The notes under the pieces were generated by a model. That model had not been told where the DNA came from. It was given only the letters and a program-made list of their open reading frames with translations, and searched no databases. A stretch of DNA of 63,103 nt, counting the filler, from Acidimicrobiia bacterium (GTDB lineage: Bacteria; Actinomycetota; Acidimicrobiia; Spongiisociales; SHLN01), in NCBI GenBank assembly GCA_041619515.1. It is 4 parts of 4 records of this genome, joined end to end, with 100 filler letters (N's around TTAATTAATTAA, not from the genome) between each part and the next. Parts side by side here need not be neighbours in the genome. Positions count along the whole stretch, not along the records: positions 18,182 to 36,234 come from JBFKDW010000066.1; positions 36,335 to 53,624 come from JBFKDW010000068.1; 2 more parts are not named here. The stretch is one strand, 5' to 3'. The translations under genes were made by a program, and so were the position numbers. Below are positions 29,706 to 39,401 of the stretch, in pieces. Every line of letters starts with the position of its first letter. Position 1 is the stretch's first letter.

Positions 29706-30890
29706 TCAGGAGAAAGCGTCTTCCCCGGTGAGCGCCTGGCCCAGGATCAGCGTATGAATCTCGTTGGTCCCCTCGTAGGTATAGACCGACTCCAGGTTGT
29801 TCATGTGCCGGATCACCGGATATTCGAGGGTAATGCCGTTGGCGCCGAGCACGCTGCGAGCCGAGCGCGCCACCTCGAGGGCCATGCGGACGTTGTCGAG
29901 CTTGCCGAAGCTGATGTGGGCCGCCGCGAGGCTCCCGGCGTCCTTCTTGCGGCCGAGGTGCATCGCCACCAACATGCCCCGGTTGATGCCGACCATCATG
30001 TCGACCAGCTTGCGCTGGGTGAGCTGGAAGGCGGCGATCGGCTTGTCGAACTGCCTCCGTTCCCGCGAGTAGTCGAGGGCGGCCTCGTAGCAGGCGCGGG
30101 CGGCCCCGATCACGCCGAACATGATCCCGAAGCGGGCCTCGTTGAGACAGGACAGAGGTCCCTTCATCCCAACCACGCCGGGCAGCACGGCCTCGGCAGG
30201 CAACCGCACGTCGGAGAGCACGAGCTCAGAGGTGACCGAGGCCCGGAGCGAGAGCTTCTGATGGATGTCGTTGGTCGCGAACCCGGCGGTGTCGGTGGGG
30301 ACGATGAATCCTCTGATCCCTTCCTCGGTCCGAGCCCACACGATGGCAACATCGGCAATGCCGCCGTTGGTTATCCACATCTTCGAACCGTTCAGCACCC
30401 AGTCGTCCCCGGCGCGGCGAGCGTTGGTTCGCATGCTCGATGGATCGCTCCCTGAGTCGGCTTCGGTGAGGCCGAAACAACCGATGCGTTCTCCGGCCGC
30501 CATCTGCGGGAGCCATTGCTCCTTCTGCTCGTCGGACCCGAACGCCCAGATCGGAAACATGCTGAGCGAGCCTTGCACGGACGCAAAACTGCGGGCGCCG
30601 CTGTCGCCCGCTTCCAGTTCGGTGCAGGCGAGACCGTATTGAACCGAGCTCGTCCCGGCGCAGCCGTACCCCTCCAGGTGCATCCCAAGCAGGCCGAGCG
30701 CCCCCATCTCCTTGGCCATTTCCTTGGGGAACGTGCCCGACTCGAACCATGCCCCGATGTCGGGAAGGATGCGCTCGGCGACGAATTGCCGGACGGTGTC
30801 GCGTAGCAGCCGCTCTTCTCCGTCGAGGAGGGCGTCGATGTCGAGGAAGTCGCGGGGATCTGTCTGGCCGGGTCTAATGGGAGCGCTCAT
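29706..30890 (-). CDS. acyl-CoA dehydrogenase (glutaryl-CoA dehydrogenase-like)
   Basis: GCFGLTE…GSDP, KMWITN, RRQFDKPI, TYEGT. Confidence 0.92.
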   Translation of the reverse strand: MSAPIRPGQTDPRDFLDIDALLDGEERLLRDTVRQFVAERILPDIGAWFESGTFPKEMAKEMGALGLLGMHLEGYGCAGTSSVQYGLACTELEAGDSGARSFASVQGSLSMFPIWAFGSDEQKEQWLPQMAAGERIGCFGLTEADSGSDPSSMRTNARRAGDDWVLNGSKMWITNGGIADVAIVWARTEEGIRGFIVPTDTAGFATNDIHQKLSLRASVTSELVLSDVRLPAEAVLPGVVGMKGPLSCLNEARFGIMFGVIGAARACYEAALDYSRERRQFDKPIAAFQLTQRKLVDMMVGINRGMLVAMHLGRKKDAGSLAAAHISFGKLDNVRMALEVARSARSVLGANGITLEYPVIRHMNNLESVYTYEGTNEIHTLILGQALTGEDAFS

Positions 30891-30921
30891 GGCCCCATTC
30901 TGGTCGCTCGGCGCGCTTGTC

Positions 30922-31035
30922 GGGTGTCCGATCACAAAACTCCGCTTGCCCCTCCCAATTCGGGAGGGGCAATGGAGGGTGTCCGACCACCTACGCCTGA
31001 AGGCGTGGCAGTCCGAAATCGTGGAGGGGAAGCGG
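30922..31035. repeat. structured intergenic element: hairpin between direct repeats
   Basis: TTGCCCCTCCC-AATTC-GGGAGGGGCAA (30946-30972); GGGTGTCCGA(T/C)CAC at 30922-30935 and 30977-30990. Confidence 0.7.
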
Positions 31036-31045
31036 TACGAACCGG

Positions 31046-31303
31046 CTAGGCAGTCCGGCGGACCATTCGGCGCCGCTGGCGCTCGGTGGTTCCACCCCAG
31101 ATGCCGTAGCGCTCACGTGCCTCGATCGCGTACTCCAGGCACTCTTGGCGCACCGGGCAGCGGGCGCAGATAGCGAGGCCGACAGAGGGGTCGTCGTCGG
31201 TCCCGGGAAAGAAGATCGCAGGATCTTCTCCCCGGCACTCGGCGCGAGCCGCCCAGGGCCGGTCGTCATCCGGATTCATGAACGCGGTCATCTCATTCTC
31301 CAT
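31046..31303 (-). CDS. whiB: WhiB family Fe-S transcriptional regulator
   Basis: C…CARC…C and GIWGG. Confidence 0.95.
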   Translation of the reverse strand: MENEMTAFMNPDDDRPWAARAECRGEDPAIFFPGTDDDPSVGLAICARCPVRQECLEYAIEARERYGIWGGTTERQRRRMVRRTA

Positions 31304-31314
31304 ACGTGTGATAT

Positions 31315-31340
31315 GACGTATCGGCGGCCCAAATGGTTCC
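31315..31340 (-). promoter_or_regulatory. putative ECF-sigma promoter of the whiB gene
   Basis: Minus strand reads GGAAC-N17-CGTC. Confidence 0.5.
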
Positions 31341-31460
31341 CTTTATGCGAACGCCGAGAACTTCGCCTCCGAGGGCCCCGAGCCCCCGAGCGCGCACCTC
31401 GCCTCCGCCGGCTTCGTTCCCGGTCGAGGTAGCGCAGCCGCTCCAACAGCGCAAGAGATG

Positions 31461-31843
31461 TCGTGAGCCCGCCTATAAGCCGGATTCTGTGCGGGCGCAT
31501 CCGTTGCGGGCGTGCCCGTGACGACCATCTATCTGGGGCCGCTGTTGCCAGCGACCTCATGCGGTCTACCTGGAGCTAAGCGGGCGGGACACCCTGCTCC
31601 TGCTTGACCTTGCTCCGAGTGGGGTTTGCCGAGCCACCGCAGTCTCCTGCGGTGCTGGTGGTCTCTTACACCACCGTTTCACCCTTGCCGGCTGCCGTGA
31701 AGGCAACTTGGGCGGTCTGTTCTCTGTGGCACTTTCCGTCGGGTTTCCCCGCCTGGGCGTTACCCAGCACTCTTCCCTGTGGAGTCCGGACTTTCCTCGA
31801 GGGATCCCAGAAGGGCCCCCGCGGCCGTCCGGCGGACTCACGA
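31461..31843 (-). ncRNA. rnpB: RNase P RNA, bacterial type A
   Basis: Minus strand has GAGGAAAGTCCGGACTC, GAAAGTGCCACAGA, GGGTGAAACGG, GGCAAACCCC and ACAGAATCCGGCTTA; the ends pair as P1. Confidence 0.97.
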
Positions 31844-31895
31844 TGCAAGGGTACCCAACTACGGCGGCTCGGAGATCGTTCCCGGGCGCCCGGGC

Positions 31896-32246
31896 CTACT
31901 CCTCTTTGACGGCCACCGCCAGGATGCCACCCATCGTCCCGATGGCGAGTGCGATGGCGGCGCCGACGACCAGCACCGCCAGGTTGGCTCCGTTGGTCAG
32001 GGCTATCACGGAGGCAACCAGGTAGAGGAGCAAGGCTGATTGGGAGCCGTTGAGAGCTTCGGAATCCGGGCTGAAGCGCCCGGCTAGGAAGCCGGCGCCC
32101 AACTCGATGATGAAGGAGAGGAGCACGAGCAGGGCCTGTCGTGCACCACCCTCGGGAACGGCTCCGCTTATCGCCAAACCGACGACCGAGCCGAGGACGA
32201 ACCCTGCCACAACGCCCGCCAGGACGGGCCCCCAGTAGACCCGCAC
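31896..32246 (-). CDS. small four-TM membrane protein
   Basis: Gly/Ala-rich hydrophobic helices; follows the GGCT gene. Confidence 0.7.
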   Translation of the reverse strand: MRVYWGPVLAGVVAGFVLGSVVGLAISGAVPEGGARQALLVLLSFIIELGAGFLAGRFSPDSEALNGSQSALLLYLVASVIALTNGANLAVLVVGAAIALAIGTMGGILAVAVKEE

Positions 32247-32264
32247 GTCAGCCGGCCCGGCGGA

Positions 32265-32705
32265 TCAGCCGGATACGTACTCTTCGAGGCCGGCAATCCA
32301 GCCTGCCGGGAGCTGCCAGTGCCGCCCACCGGCGACGATGATCGCCATGTACTCAGGGCTCGGCTTGTGCTGCTTGGTGCCGTTCTCCTCGTGCACGTGG
32401 GTCGCAACCGTGTGCCGCTTGCCTGAGCGGTCCATCGCCGAGAGGGTCACCCGGACCCTCCCCTCCTCTTTCTCACAGATATCGAGAGCGCTCAGCTGCT
32501 CGCCCGGGACCTCGAAGATGGCGCCCCACACGGTATTGCCGGGCTCGGCTTTCACCGAGGGGAGCCCGCCCTTCCAGGTGCCATTCTTGTAGGGGAAGAT
32601 GAGCTGAGTTTCCGGGAGGTGAGCCACGAATTGGAACTCAGCCTCAGGGGCATATTCCCGTATCCGGTCTGGATCAATCAGCGTCGTGTAGGCGAAATAC
32701 AGCAT
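32265..32705 (-). CDS. gamma-glutamylcyclotransferase family protein
   Basis: YFAY start, VWGAIFEV, LD…EG, PSPEYM; GGAG RBS. Confidence 0.8.
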   Translation of the reverse strand: MLYFAYTTLIDPDRIREYAPEAEFQFVAHLPETQLIFPYKNGTWKGGLPSVKAEPGNTVWGAIFEVPGEQLSALDICEKEEGRVRVTLSAMDRSGKRHTVATHVHEENGTKQHKPSPEYMAIIVAGGRHWQLPAGWIAGLEEYVSG

Positions 32706-32868
32706 CCAGGTCCACTCCGAAGCGCGAAATCGGATCGAATTGTACCCGATCGAGCGATTGGCGCTAATCGGATTTGGGAACAGGGGGGCCGGCGCCCGTG
32801 TTGACCTCGGCACGGGGCCGGCTGAAGCGCCGGAAACTCAAGGGCTATCCGCCCCGTTGAGCGAGCGA

Positions 32869-33048
32869 ATGATGATCGAACTTCTGCTACCCCGCACAGA
32901 CGCTGGGGTCGCCGTCCAGCTCGGGGCACTCCTGGCTCTGGGGGCGACGACCGTCGTGCTCGTGCGGCGCAGCCGCCACTGGCAGGTGCTGGCGGTGGGC
33001 ATTACCTGCGTGGCCCTCGGGCTCATGGGGGTCAGAGCAGTCCACTAG
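32869..33048 (+). CDS. small two-TM hypothetical protein
   Basis: MIELLLPRTDAGVAVQ…GLMGVRAVH; ends just before cfa. Confidence 0.6.
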   Translation: MMIELLLPRTDAGVAVQLGALLALGATTVVLVRRSRHWQVLAVGITCVALGLMGVRAVH

Positions 33049-33064
33049 TCGTTATTCTCGTGCC

Positions 33065-34315
33065 ATGGACGCCGAGGTAGTGCAGCTCAACCGGGACATC
33101 TACGAGACGATGACGTCGCTGACGGACCAGCCTCCTCCGGCGGTTCGCACCTGGACGGGGGAAACCTGGGGCCCGGTCGACGCCGCGGCAACGCTCGTGC
33201 TGAACCATCCCTCGGCGCTGCGGGTCATGCTGATGCCGCCCAGCGATCTCGTTGCCGGCGAGGCATACATCTTTGGGGACATCGACATCGAGGGGGACAT
33301 GTTCGCCGCCCTCAAGTTCGGCGCCGGCCTCGACGACGCCCGACGCCATCCCGTCAAGGTGCTGCGCCTGATGCGGCGCCTCCGCAAGCTGCCCGAGGCG
33401 CCGGGTCACGAGGACAAGCGCCCGGTCCGCACCGGACGCATTCATTCGAGGAGTCGCGATCAGGACGCGGTTCGCTATCACTACGACGTCGGAAACGACT
33501 TCTTCGCATCGTTCCTCGACCCCGCCATGGTCTACTCCTGTGGCTACTTCCTGGACGCCGCCGACACGCTCGAGCTGGCTCAGCAACGGAAACTGGACGT
33601 GGTGTGCCGCAAGCTGCAGCTCTCCCCCGGCCAGCGGCTCCTCGACGTCGGATGCGGATGGGGTGCGCTGGCGATTCACGCCGCCCTCAACTACGACGTG
33701 GAGGCCGTCGGGATCACGCTCAGCTCCGACCAGGCCGAGGAGGCCAGGCGGCGGGTAAAGGCGGCTGGCGTGGAAGACCGGGTTTCGATTCGGGTCGAGG
33801 ACTACCGGGACGTCGAGGGCCTCTTCGATGCGGTCGCTTCCGTCGGAATGCTGGAGCATGTCGGCGCCAAGGAGCTCGGAACCTACTTCGGCCGCATCAA
33901 CGAGCTGCTGGGACCGCGCGGCATCTTCCTCAACCACGGAATCACCACCCGGGCACGCAAGAGCAAGGGTAAGCCCACCTTCGTCAGCACCTACGTGTTT
34001 CCAGATGGTGAGCTGCATCCGATCGAGATGTCGATCGTTGCAGCCGAAGCATCCGGCTTTCGGGTGCGAGACCTCGAGTCTCTGCGCCCCAGCTATGCCC
34101 TCACGCTGCGTCGCTGGGTCGAGAACCTCGAGCGCAACCCGATGACGCGGACACCCGAGGAAGAGACCCGCCACCGGCTCTTCCGCCTCTATATGGCGGG
34201 CTCGGCTCTCGCGTTCGAGGCGGGCGGCACGGACGTCTATCAAATAGTCGCCGTCAAACCGGACCGCCCGTGGACCCTGGGACGACGGTTCATGCTGGCC
34301 GAAGACGATCGCTGA
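33065..34315 (+). CDS. cfa: cyclopropane-fatty-acyl-phospholipid synthase family methyltransferase
   Basis: HYDVGNDF, MVYSCGYF, LLDVGCGWG, GMLEHVG, YVFPDG. Confidence 0.93.
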   Translation: MDAEVVQLNRDIYETMTSLTDQPPPAVRTWTGETWGPVDAAATLVLNHPSALRVMLMPPSDLVAGEAYIFGDIDIEGDMFAALKFGAGLDDARRHPVKVLRLMRRLRKLPEAPGHEDKRPVRTGRIHSRSRDQDAVRYHYDVGNDFFASFLDPAMVYSCGYFLDAADTLELAQQRKLDVVCRKLQLSPGQRLLDVGCGWGALAIHAALNYDVEAVGITLSSDQAEEARRRVKAAGVEDRVSIRVEDYRDVEGLFDAVASVGMLEHVGAKELGTYFGRINELLGPRGIFLNHGITTRARKSKGKPTFVSTYVFPDGELHPIEMSIVAAEASGFRVRDLESLRPSYALTLRRWVENLERNPMTRTPEEETRHRLFRLYMAGSALAFEAGGTDVYQIVAVKPDRPWTLGRRFMLAEDDR

Positions 34316-34469
34316 GCTCCGCCCGAGCGGCTAGCCCGGGCTCGGGCTGCTCGAGCTCCCCCACCGCTTGGGGGTCACCGGACCGTGCTGGGCAAACCAG
34401 GATTGGGCGGCTTTCCTGCCGGCCGAGGTCGAGCGAGATCGGCCCCTGTCGGACAATGCCGGCCCGCGG

Positions 34470-36233
34470 CTACTCGTCCTCGTCCTCCGATGCCTTGATC
34501 ACGGCCAACAAACGCCCGGCCTCAACCTGCTCACCGACGGAGGCCCGCAGCTCGACGATGACGCCGGCCGCCGGTGCGAGGACGTTGTGCTCCATCTTCA
34601 TCGCCTCCAGGACGAGCAGGAGATCGCCGGCGGCCACCGCATCGCCCGCAGACACGTCCACCCGCCGGACAACGCCCGGCATCGGGGCGGTCAACGAGCC
34701 CGCCGCCGCCTCCTCGGTCGGAGCCGGGAAGCGGTCGACTTCCACCAAGTCGGTGGAGCCGAGGGCGCTGTCGACGTAATGGCGTCCGCCGGCCCGGCTG
34801 ACTTGATAGCGGCGGTGGACGCCGTCGACCGTCATCTCGACGTGGTCGGACCGGGCATCCACCCCGCCGACCCGCACCGGCCGCCCCCCGACCCAGGCTT
34901 GCACCTCGTCCCGGGTGAAGCGGTACCCAATGTCGAACACAGTCCCGCCCCTCCGATAGGAGACCTCCTGTAACTGGGAAGGATTGTTGCGCCAGCCCGA
35001 CGGCAGCGAGCCCAGCACCGGCGACTTCGCCCGGCGCTCCGCTTGATCGGCCAGAGCCGCCGCCAGCGCATGGACCGCCCCCGCCGCGTCGTCGGTGAGG
35101 GGAGCGCCGAGTTCGGTGGGAGAGTGGCGCTGGAGGAAGTGGGTGTCGAAGTCGCCGGCGAGGAACTCGGGGTGCCGGAGGATTCGGACCAGCAGCGCTC
35201 GATTGGTCTGCACCCCGTGAATGACCGCCCCGCTGAGTGCCTCTGCAAGGCGCCGGGCAGCCTCGCTCCTCGTCCGGCCGTGCGCCACGACCTTGGCGAG
35301 CATCGGGTCGTAGTGGATGCCGACTTCCACCCCGTCGTAGACCCCGGCATCGACGCGCACACCCTGGCGGGCGATGCGGAACTGGTGCAGGGTCCCGGTA
35401 GCAGGGAGGAAATCATTCATCGGATCCTCGGCGTACAACCGGGCTTCGATGGCGTGACCCGTGCTCGGGGGGATGCCGGCTTGTTCGGGGAGCGGGTCGC
35501 CCCGGGCAACGTCGATCTGCATCTGCACGAGGTCGAGTCCCGTGATGGCCTCCGTCACCGGGTGCTCGACTTGCAGCCGGGTGTTCATCTCCAGGAAGAA
35601 GAAGCTGCCGTCGGGGGCGGTGAGAAACTCCACTGTGCCCGCGCCCTCGTACCCGATCGCCTCCCCGGCGGTCACCGCCGCCGACAGAATCTGGCGGCGC
35701 GACTCGCCGCTGAGTCCGGGGCTGGGAGATTCCTCGATGATCTTCTGATAGCGGCGCTGGATGGAGCATTCCCGCTCGTACACGTGGACAACCCGGCCGT
35801 GGGCGTCGCCGACGATTTGGACCTCGATGTGACGGGGGGCATCCACGTAGGCCTCCAGGTAGACCGTGTCGTCCCCGAAGAACGCACCAGCCTCCCGGCG
35901 GGCACCCGCCACGGCGTCCGACAGGCTCTCGAAATCCTGCACGAGCCGCATCCCCTTGCCTCCCCCGCCTGCCGAGGCCTTTACCAGCAGCGGCCAGCCC
36001 AGCTCACCCGCTGCGGCGAGCAGCCCATCGTTGGATGCCCCATCGATCTCCCGGCTCGGAACCACCGGCACCCCCGCCTGGGACATGAGCCGCTTGGACT
36101 CTATTTTCGAGCCCATGGCACGGATGGTCTCGACCGCCGGGCCGATGAACACCAGGCCGGCCTCCCGGCAGGCAGCCGCAAACTCGGGGCTTTCGGCGAG
36201 GAACCCGTATCCGGGATGAACGGCGTCGGCCCC
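34470..36233 (-). CDS. acyl-CoA carboxylase alpha subunit (biotin carboxylase plus BCCP), 5' truncated
   Basis: GGGGKGMR, ERECSIQRR, EMNTRLQVEHPVTE, biotin site EAMKM. Confidence 0.93.
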   Translation of the reverse strand, partial: GADAVHPGYGFLAESPEFAAACREAGLVFIGPAVETIRAMGSKIESKRLMSQAGVPVVPSREIDGASNDGLLAAAGELGWPLLVKASAGGGGKGMRLVQDFESLSDAVAGARREAGAFFGDDTVYLEAYVDAPRHIEVQIVGDAHGRVVHVYERECSIQRRYQKIIEESPSPGLSGESRRQILSAAVTAGEAIGYEGAGTVEFLTAPDGSFFFLEMNTRLQVEHPVTEAITGLDLVQMQIDVARGDPLPEQAGIPPSTGHAIEARLYAEDPMNDFLPATGTLHQFRIARQGVRVDAGVYDGVEVGIHYDPMLAKVVAHGRTRSEAARRLAEALSGAVIHGVQTNRALLVRILRHPEFLAGDFDTHFLQRHSPTELGAPLTDDAAGAVHALAAALADQAERRAKSPVLGSLPSGWRNNPSQLQEVSYRRGGTVFDIGYRFTRDEVQAWVGGRPVRVGGVDARSDHVEMTVDGVHRRYQVSRAGGRHYVDSALGSTDLVEVDRFPAPTEEAAAGSLTAPMPGVVRRVDVSAGDAVAAGDLLLVLEAMKMEHNVLAPAAGVIVELRASVGEQVEAGRLLAVIKASEDEDE

Positions 36234-36234
36234 G

Positions 36235-36334
36235 NNNNNNNNNNNNNNNNNNNNNNNNNNNNNNNNNNNNNNNNNNNNTTAATTAATTAANNNNNNNNNN
36301 NNNNNNNNNNNNNNNNNNNNNNNNNNNNNNNNNN
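36235..36334. other. assembly linker / contig join
   Basis: N-run with TTAATTAATTAA. Confidence 0.99.
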
Positions 36335-37314
36335 GGTGCGGCGGTGGTGGTGGGGGGTGCAGCGGTGGTGGGGGATACCACGGTGCTGGTGCTTCCGGTG
36401 GGCGTGAAGGTTGCGCACAAGGGGGCCACCGAATTGGGGTCATCGCTCGGGTAGGCGGCGTGGACTGCCTTCACCTGGTCGATCGCGGCGTTCACCGTGA
36501 TAGATCCGACGCCGAACACGGCGAAATCTGTGTCCTCGGGCAGGTCACCGGTCGCCGGGGTGGTGAATACCAGGGTGTCGCCCGCCCAACCCTCCAGATA
36601 CCATTGCTCCTCAGCCTGAGTCTGGTGGGGCTTGGCGCTGTGATTGTCCCAAGAAACGAGAAAGACCTCCCAGGTCCCCGCCGCCAGATCGAAGGCAACC
36701 GGACCGGCCATCGAGCTGTCGGCGTCCCACGCCAGCATCAGCTCGGTGCTGATGGTGACGACGCCGGGTCCGGCCGGAAACGGGCAGGCGGGGTCGGTGT
36801 TCGGCCCGGTTCCCGTGGGATAGAAGCCGGCGCACAGCGGGGCCACCGAATGGGGCTCGTCGCTCGGGTAGGCGGCGTGGACGGCCATGACCTCGTCGAG
36901 TGCTTCGGTGGTCGTGAACGTGCCCATCGCGAATGTTTGGACGTCGGTCGTCTCCGAAAGGTCGGGGGTTGCCGCGGTGGCAAGCACCTCGACACCTCCG
37001 GCAAGTCCACGCAATATCCACTGTTCTTCCAGCTGGCTCTGGTGGGTCTTGTTGCTGTGATCGTCGTACGAGACCACAAAGACGTCCCAGGATCCGGCCG
37101 GCACACTGACGGAAACCGGGCCGGCGGTTGACCTGTCGGCATCCCAGGCGAGCATGAGCTCGTCGCTGATGTCGATCACGACCGCCCCGGCCGTCTCCGG
37201 GAGCGGGCAGGTCACGGATGTGTTGTCCACGCCAATGCCCGTCGCGGCTGCTCCGAGCGGCAGCGCGAAGAGCGCAATCACGAACAGTGTCGTGACCACT
37301 GCAGTTTTCCGCAT
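36335..37314 (-). CDS. secreted protein with two tandem ~132-aa domains and a Thr/Pro linker (3' truncated)
   Basis: Signal peptide MRKTAVV…GAAA; internal repeat 37209-36811 and 36786-36394. Confidence 0.85.
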
Positions 37315-37424
37315 CGAGATTTCTTCCCTTGCTCCCTCTCGATCGACGTTAGCACCGGCCTCGAGGCGGCTTGGAACCCCGAAAACGCAAATGTTTCGCG
37401 CCTTAGGACCGGTGTTTCGCGCAC

Positions 37425-37859
37425 TCAGAGAGACGCCAGCAGCCACCCCGCGGCCAGCCCGTATAGGCCGGCGACGAGGTCGTCGGCCATCACGCCCCAG
37501 GCTCCGGGAAGACGTTCGGCTGCCCTCACCCCGGGAGGCCATTTCGTGATGTCGGCCACCCTGGCGATCGTCCATGCGGCCACAAACGGCCACCCACCGA
37601 GGCCGGCGACGGCCAGCCACGCCCCGGCGGTCTCGTCGATGACAACCCATCCCGGGTCACCCGACGCAAACGGCCTGGCGGCCCACACGCCGGCGGCGGC
37701 GACACCGGTCACGAGGGCCAGCTCGAGCCACCCATTCCCAACCGCCAGGGCACAGGGAATGGCGAGCGCGGCTCCGAACGTGCCGGCACCCTGGTCGGAT
37801 CCGCCTAGACGGCGCGGGATGAGCCCAAGCCCGAACGAGCTGGCCAGGATGCGGCGCAT
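37425..37859 (-). CDS. pgpA: phosphatidylglycerophosphatase A
   Basis: GTFG, DPGWVVIDE, RVADITKWP, GVMADDLVAG. Confidence 0.9.
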   Translation of the reverse strand: MRRILASSFGLGLIPRRLGGSDQGAGTFGAALAIPCALAVGNGWLELALVTGVAAAGVWAARPFASGDPGWVVIDETAGAWLAVAGLGGWPFVAAWTIARVADITKWPPGVRAAERLPGAWGVMADDLVAGLYGLAAGWLLASL

Positions 37860-37925
37860 CGGGTCACGCTAGCCCGCAGAGAAAACCAGTTCCGGCTGCC
37901 GGTGAAAACCTGCCAACATAGGGCC

Positions 37926-38840
37926 ATGGAACCGGTCAAATTCATATGGATGGACGGCGAGCTGGTTGCATGGGAGGACGCCACCGTCCACGTCCTGTCC
38001 CATGCCCTCCACTACGGAACCGGCGTCTTCGAAGGGATACGGGCCTACGACACCGACGCCGGGCCCGCCGTATTCCGTCTCAACGACCACATGCAACGCC
38101 TCGTGCGCGGGGCGGCTGCCTATCAAATACCCCTGCCGTACGGGGTGGACGAGCTGTCGAAGGCAGCCCGCGAGGTGATCGCAACAAATCAGCTCGAGGC
38201 CTGCTATGTCCGCCCGATCGTCTTTCTCGGGACCGGCAGCATGGGGCTCAATCCGGCCGGGGCACGGTCCCACGTCGTGGTTGCCGCCTGGCGATGGGGT
38301 GCCTATCTGGGGGATGAGGGTCTTCGCAACGGGATCCGGGTGGGGGTCTCCTCCTGGCGCCGGCTGCACCAATCGATGTTCATTCCCGACGCCAAGGGCA
38401 CCGGTGGTTACATCAACAGCATCCTTGCCCGCGTGGAGGCGAATGCCGCAGGCTACGACGAGGCAATGCTGCTCAACCTCGATGGGTATGTCGCCGAGGG
38501 CAGCGGCGAGAATCTTTTTCTCGTTCGCGATGGCCTGGTCCGCACCCCTCCCCCCCAGGCGGGTGCTCTCGACGGAATCACCCGTCAATCGGTCATGCAG
38601 CTGCTCCGCGACGACGGGGTCACCGTTGAAGAGTCGAACCTCACCCGCTCGGATGTGTACTACGCCGATGAGGCGTTCTTCACCGGGACGGCGGCGGAGG
38701 TCACACCCATCCGGGAGGTCGACCATCGCACCATCGGCAGCGGAAAGCCGGGGCCCGTCACCATGCGAGCCCAGGAACTGTTCATGGGCGCCGTCACCGG
38801 CAAGCTCGAGGCCTACCGGGATTGGCTCGACTTCGTCTGA
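37926..38840 (+). CDS. ilvE: branched-chain amino acid aminotransferase
   Basis: HALHYGTGVFEGIR, AK…YINS, EGSGEN, LDGITR, TGTAAEV. Confidence 0.95.
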   Translation: MEPVKFIWMDGELVAWEDATVHVLSHALHYGTGVFEGIRAYDTDAGPAVFRLNDHMQRLVRGAAAYQIPLPYGVDELSKAAREVIATNQLEACYVRPIVFLGTGSMGLNPAGARSHVVVAAWRWGAYLGDEGLRNGIRVGVSSWRRLHQSMFIPDAKGTGGYINSILARVEANAAGYDEAMLLNLDGYVAEGSGENLFLVRDGLVRTPPPQAGALDGITRQSVMQLLRDDGVTVEESNLTRSDVYYADEAFFTGTAAEVTPIREVDHRTIGSGKPGPVTMRAQELFMGAVTGKLEAYRDWLDFV

Positions 38841-39364
38841 TGGGTCAAGAACCGAATTACGAGATCGCCCCCGCCGACCGGCCGCGCCCAACACCGGAGC
38901 CTGCGCCCGCCCGGCGCTGGCGACCCAACCGGCCCGGTGATCTCCATGCCCCGTCCCAGGTCCCGTGGGGTGGAGCGTTCGGCACCCCAGGGCCCGACAC
39001 CGGCTACGCACTGAAGCTGGCGTCCGAGGCGGTCATCGAGATCGAAGCCGGCGAAAGCCGGGAAAACGTCGAGTCGCTGCTCGTGCTCATCATGAGCGCC
39101 CGTGCCTCGTTGTTCGGCAAGGCTCCCAGCTTCAACGACCTACGGTTCGGCCTGCTGCTGCTGGGAGCGCATCCGGCCGACCAAGGCCCGCCGGCGGCAC
39201 CTGCCAGGCTGGCCGAGCACCGGCAACATTGGGCTCCCCGAGTCGCCAACGACCGCGCAGCGGCCCGCCGGCTCGCCTCACTCCTCTCGCCGCCGTTGCT
39301 CCGTCTTTCGGTTGCCGAACTTCAAGACCGGCTCGCTCGCGGCGAGGCGCCACTCGCGCCGTGA
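38840..39364 (+). CDS. hypothetical protein
   Basis: TGATG coupling to ilvE; WRPNRPGD…FGTPGPDTGYAL…RASLFGKAP. Confidence 0.75.
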   Translation: MGQEPNYEIAPADRPRPTPEPAPARRWRPNRPGDLHAPSQVPWGGAFGTPGPDTGYALKLASEAVIEIEAGESRENVESLLVLIMSARASLFGKAPSFNDLRFGLLLLGAHPADQGPPAAPARLAEHRQHWAPRVANDRAAARRLASLLSPPLLRLSVAELQDRLARGEAPLAP

Positions 39365-39401
39365 GCAGTAGACCGCCAACCCCTGGATTCGAGCCTCGCC
39401 T

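Noticed and set aside
34316..34469. GC-rich hairpins between convergent cfa and carboxylase genes (similar at 10281-10323 and 18828-18923)
   Set aside because: Short imperfect stems consistent with ordinary terminators; no shared sequence family detected.
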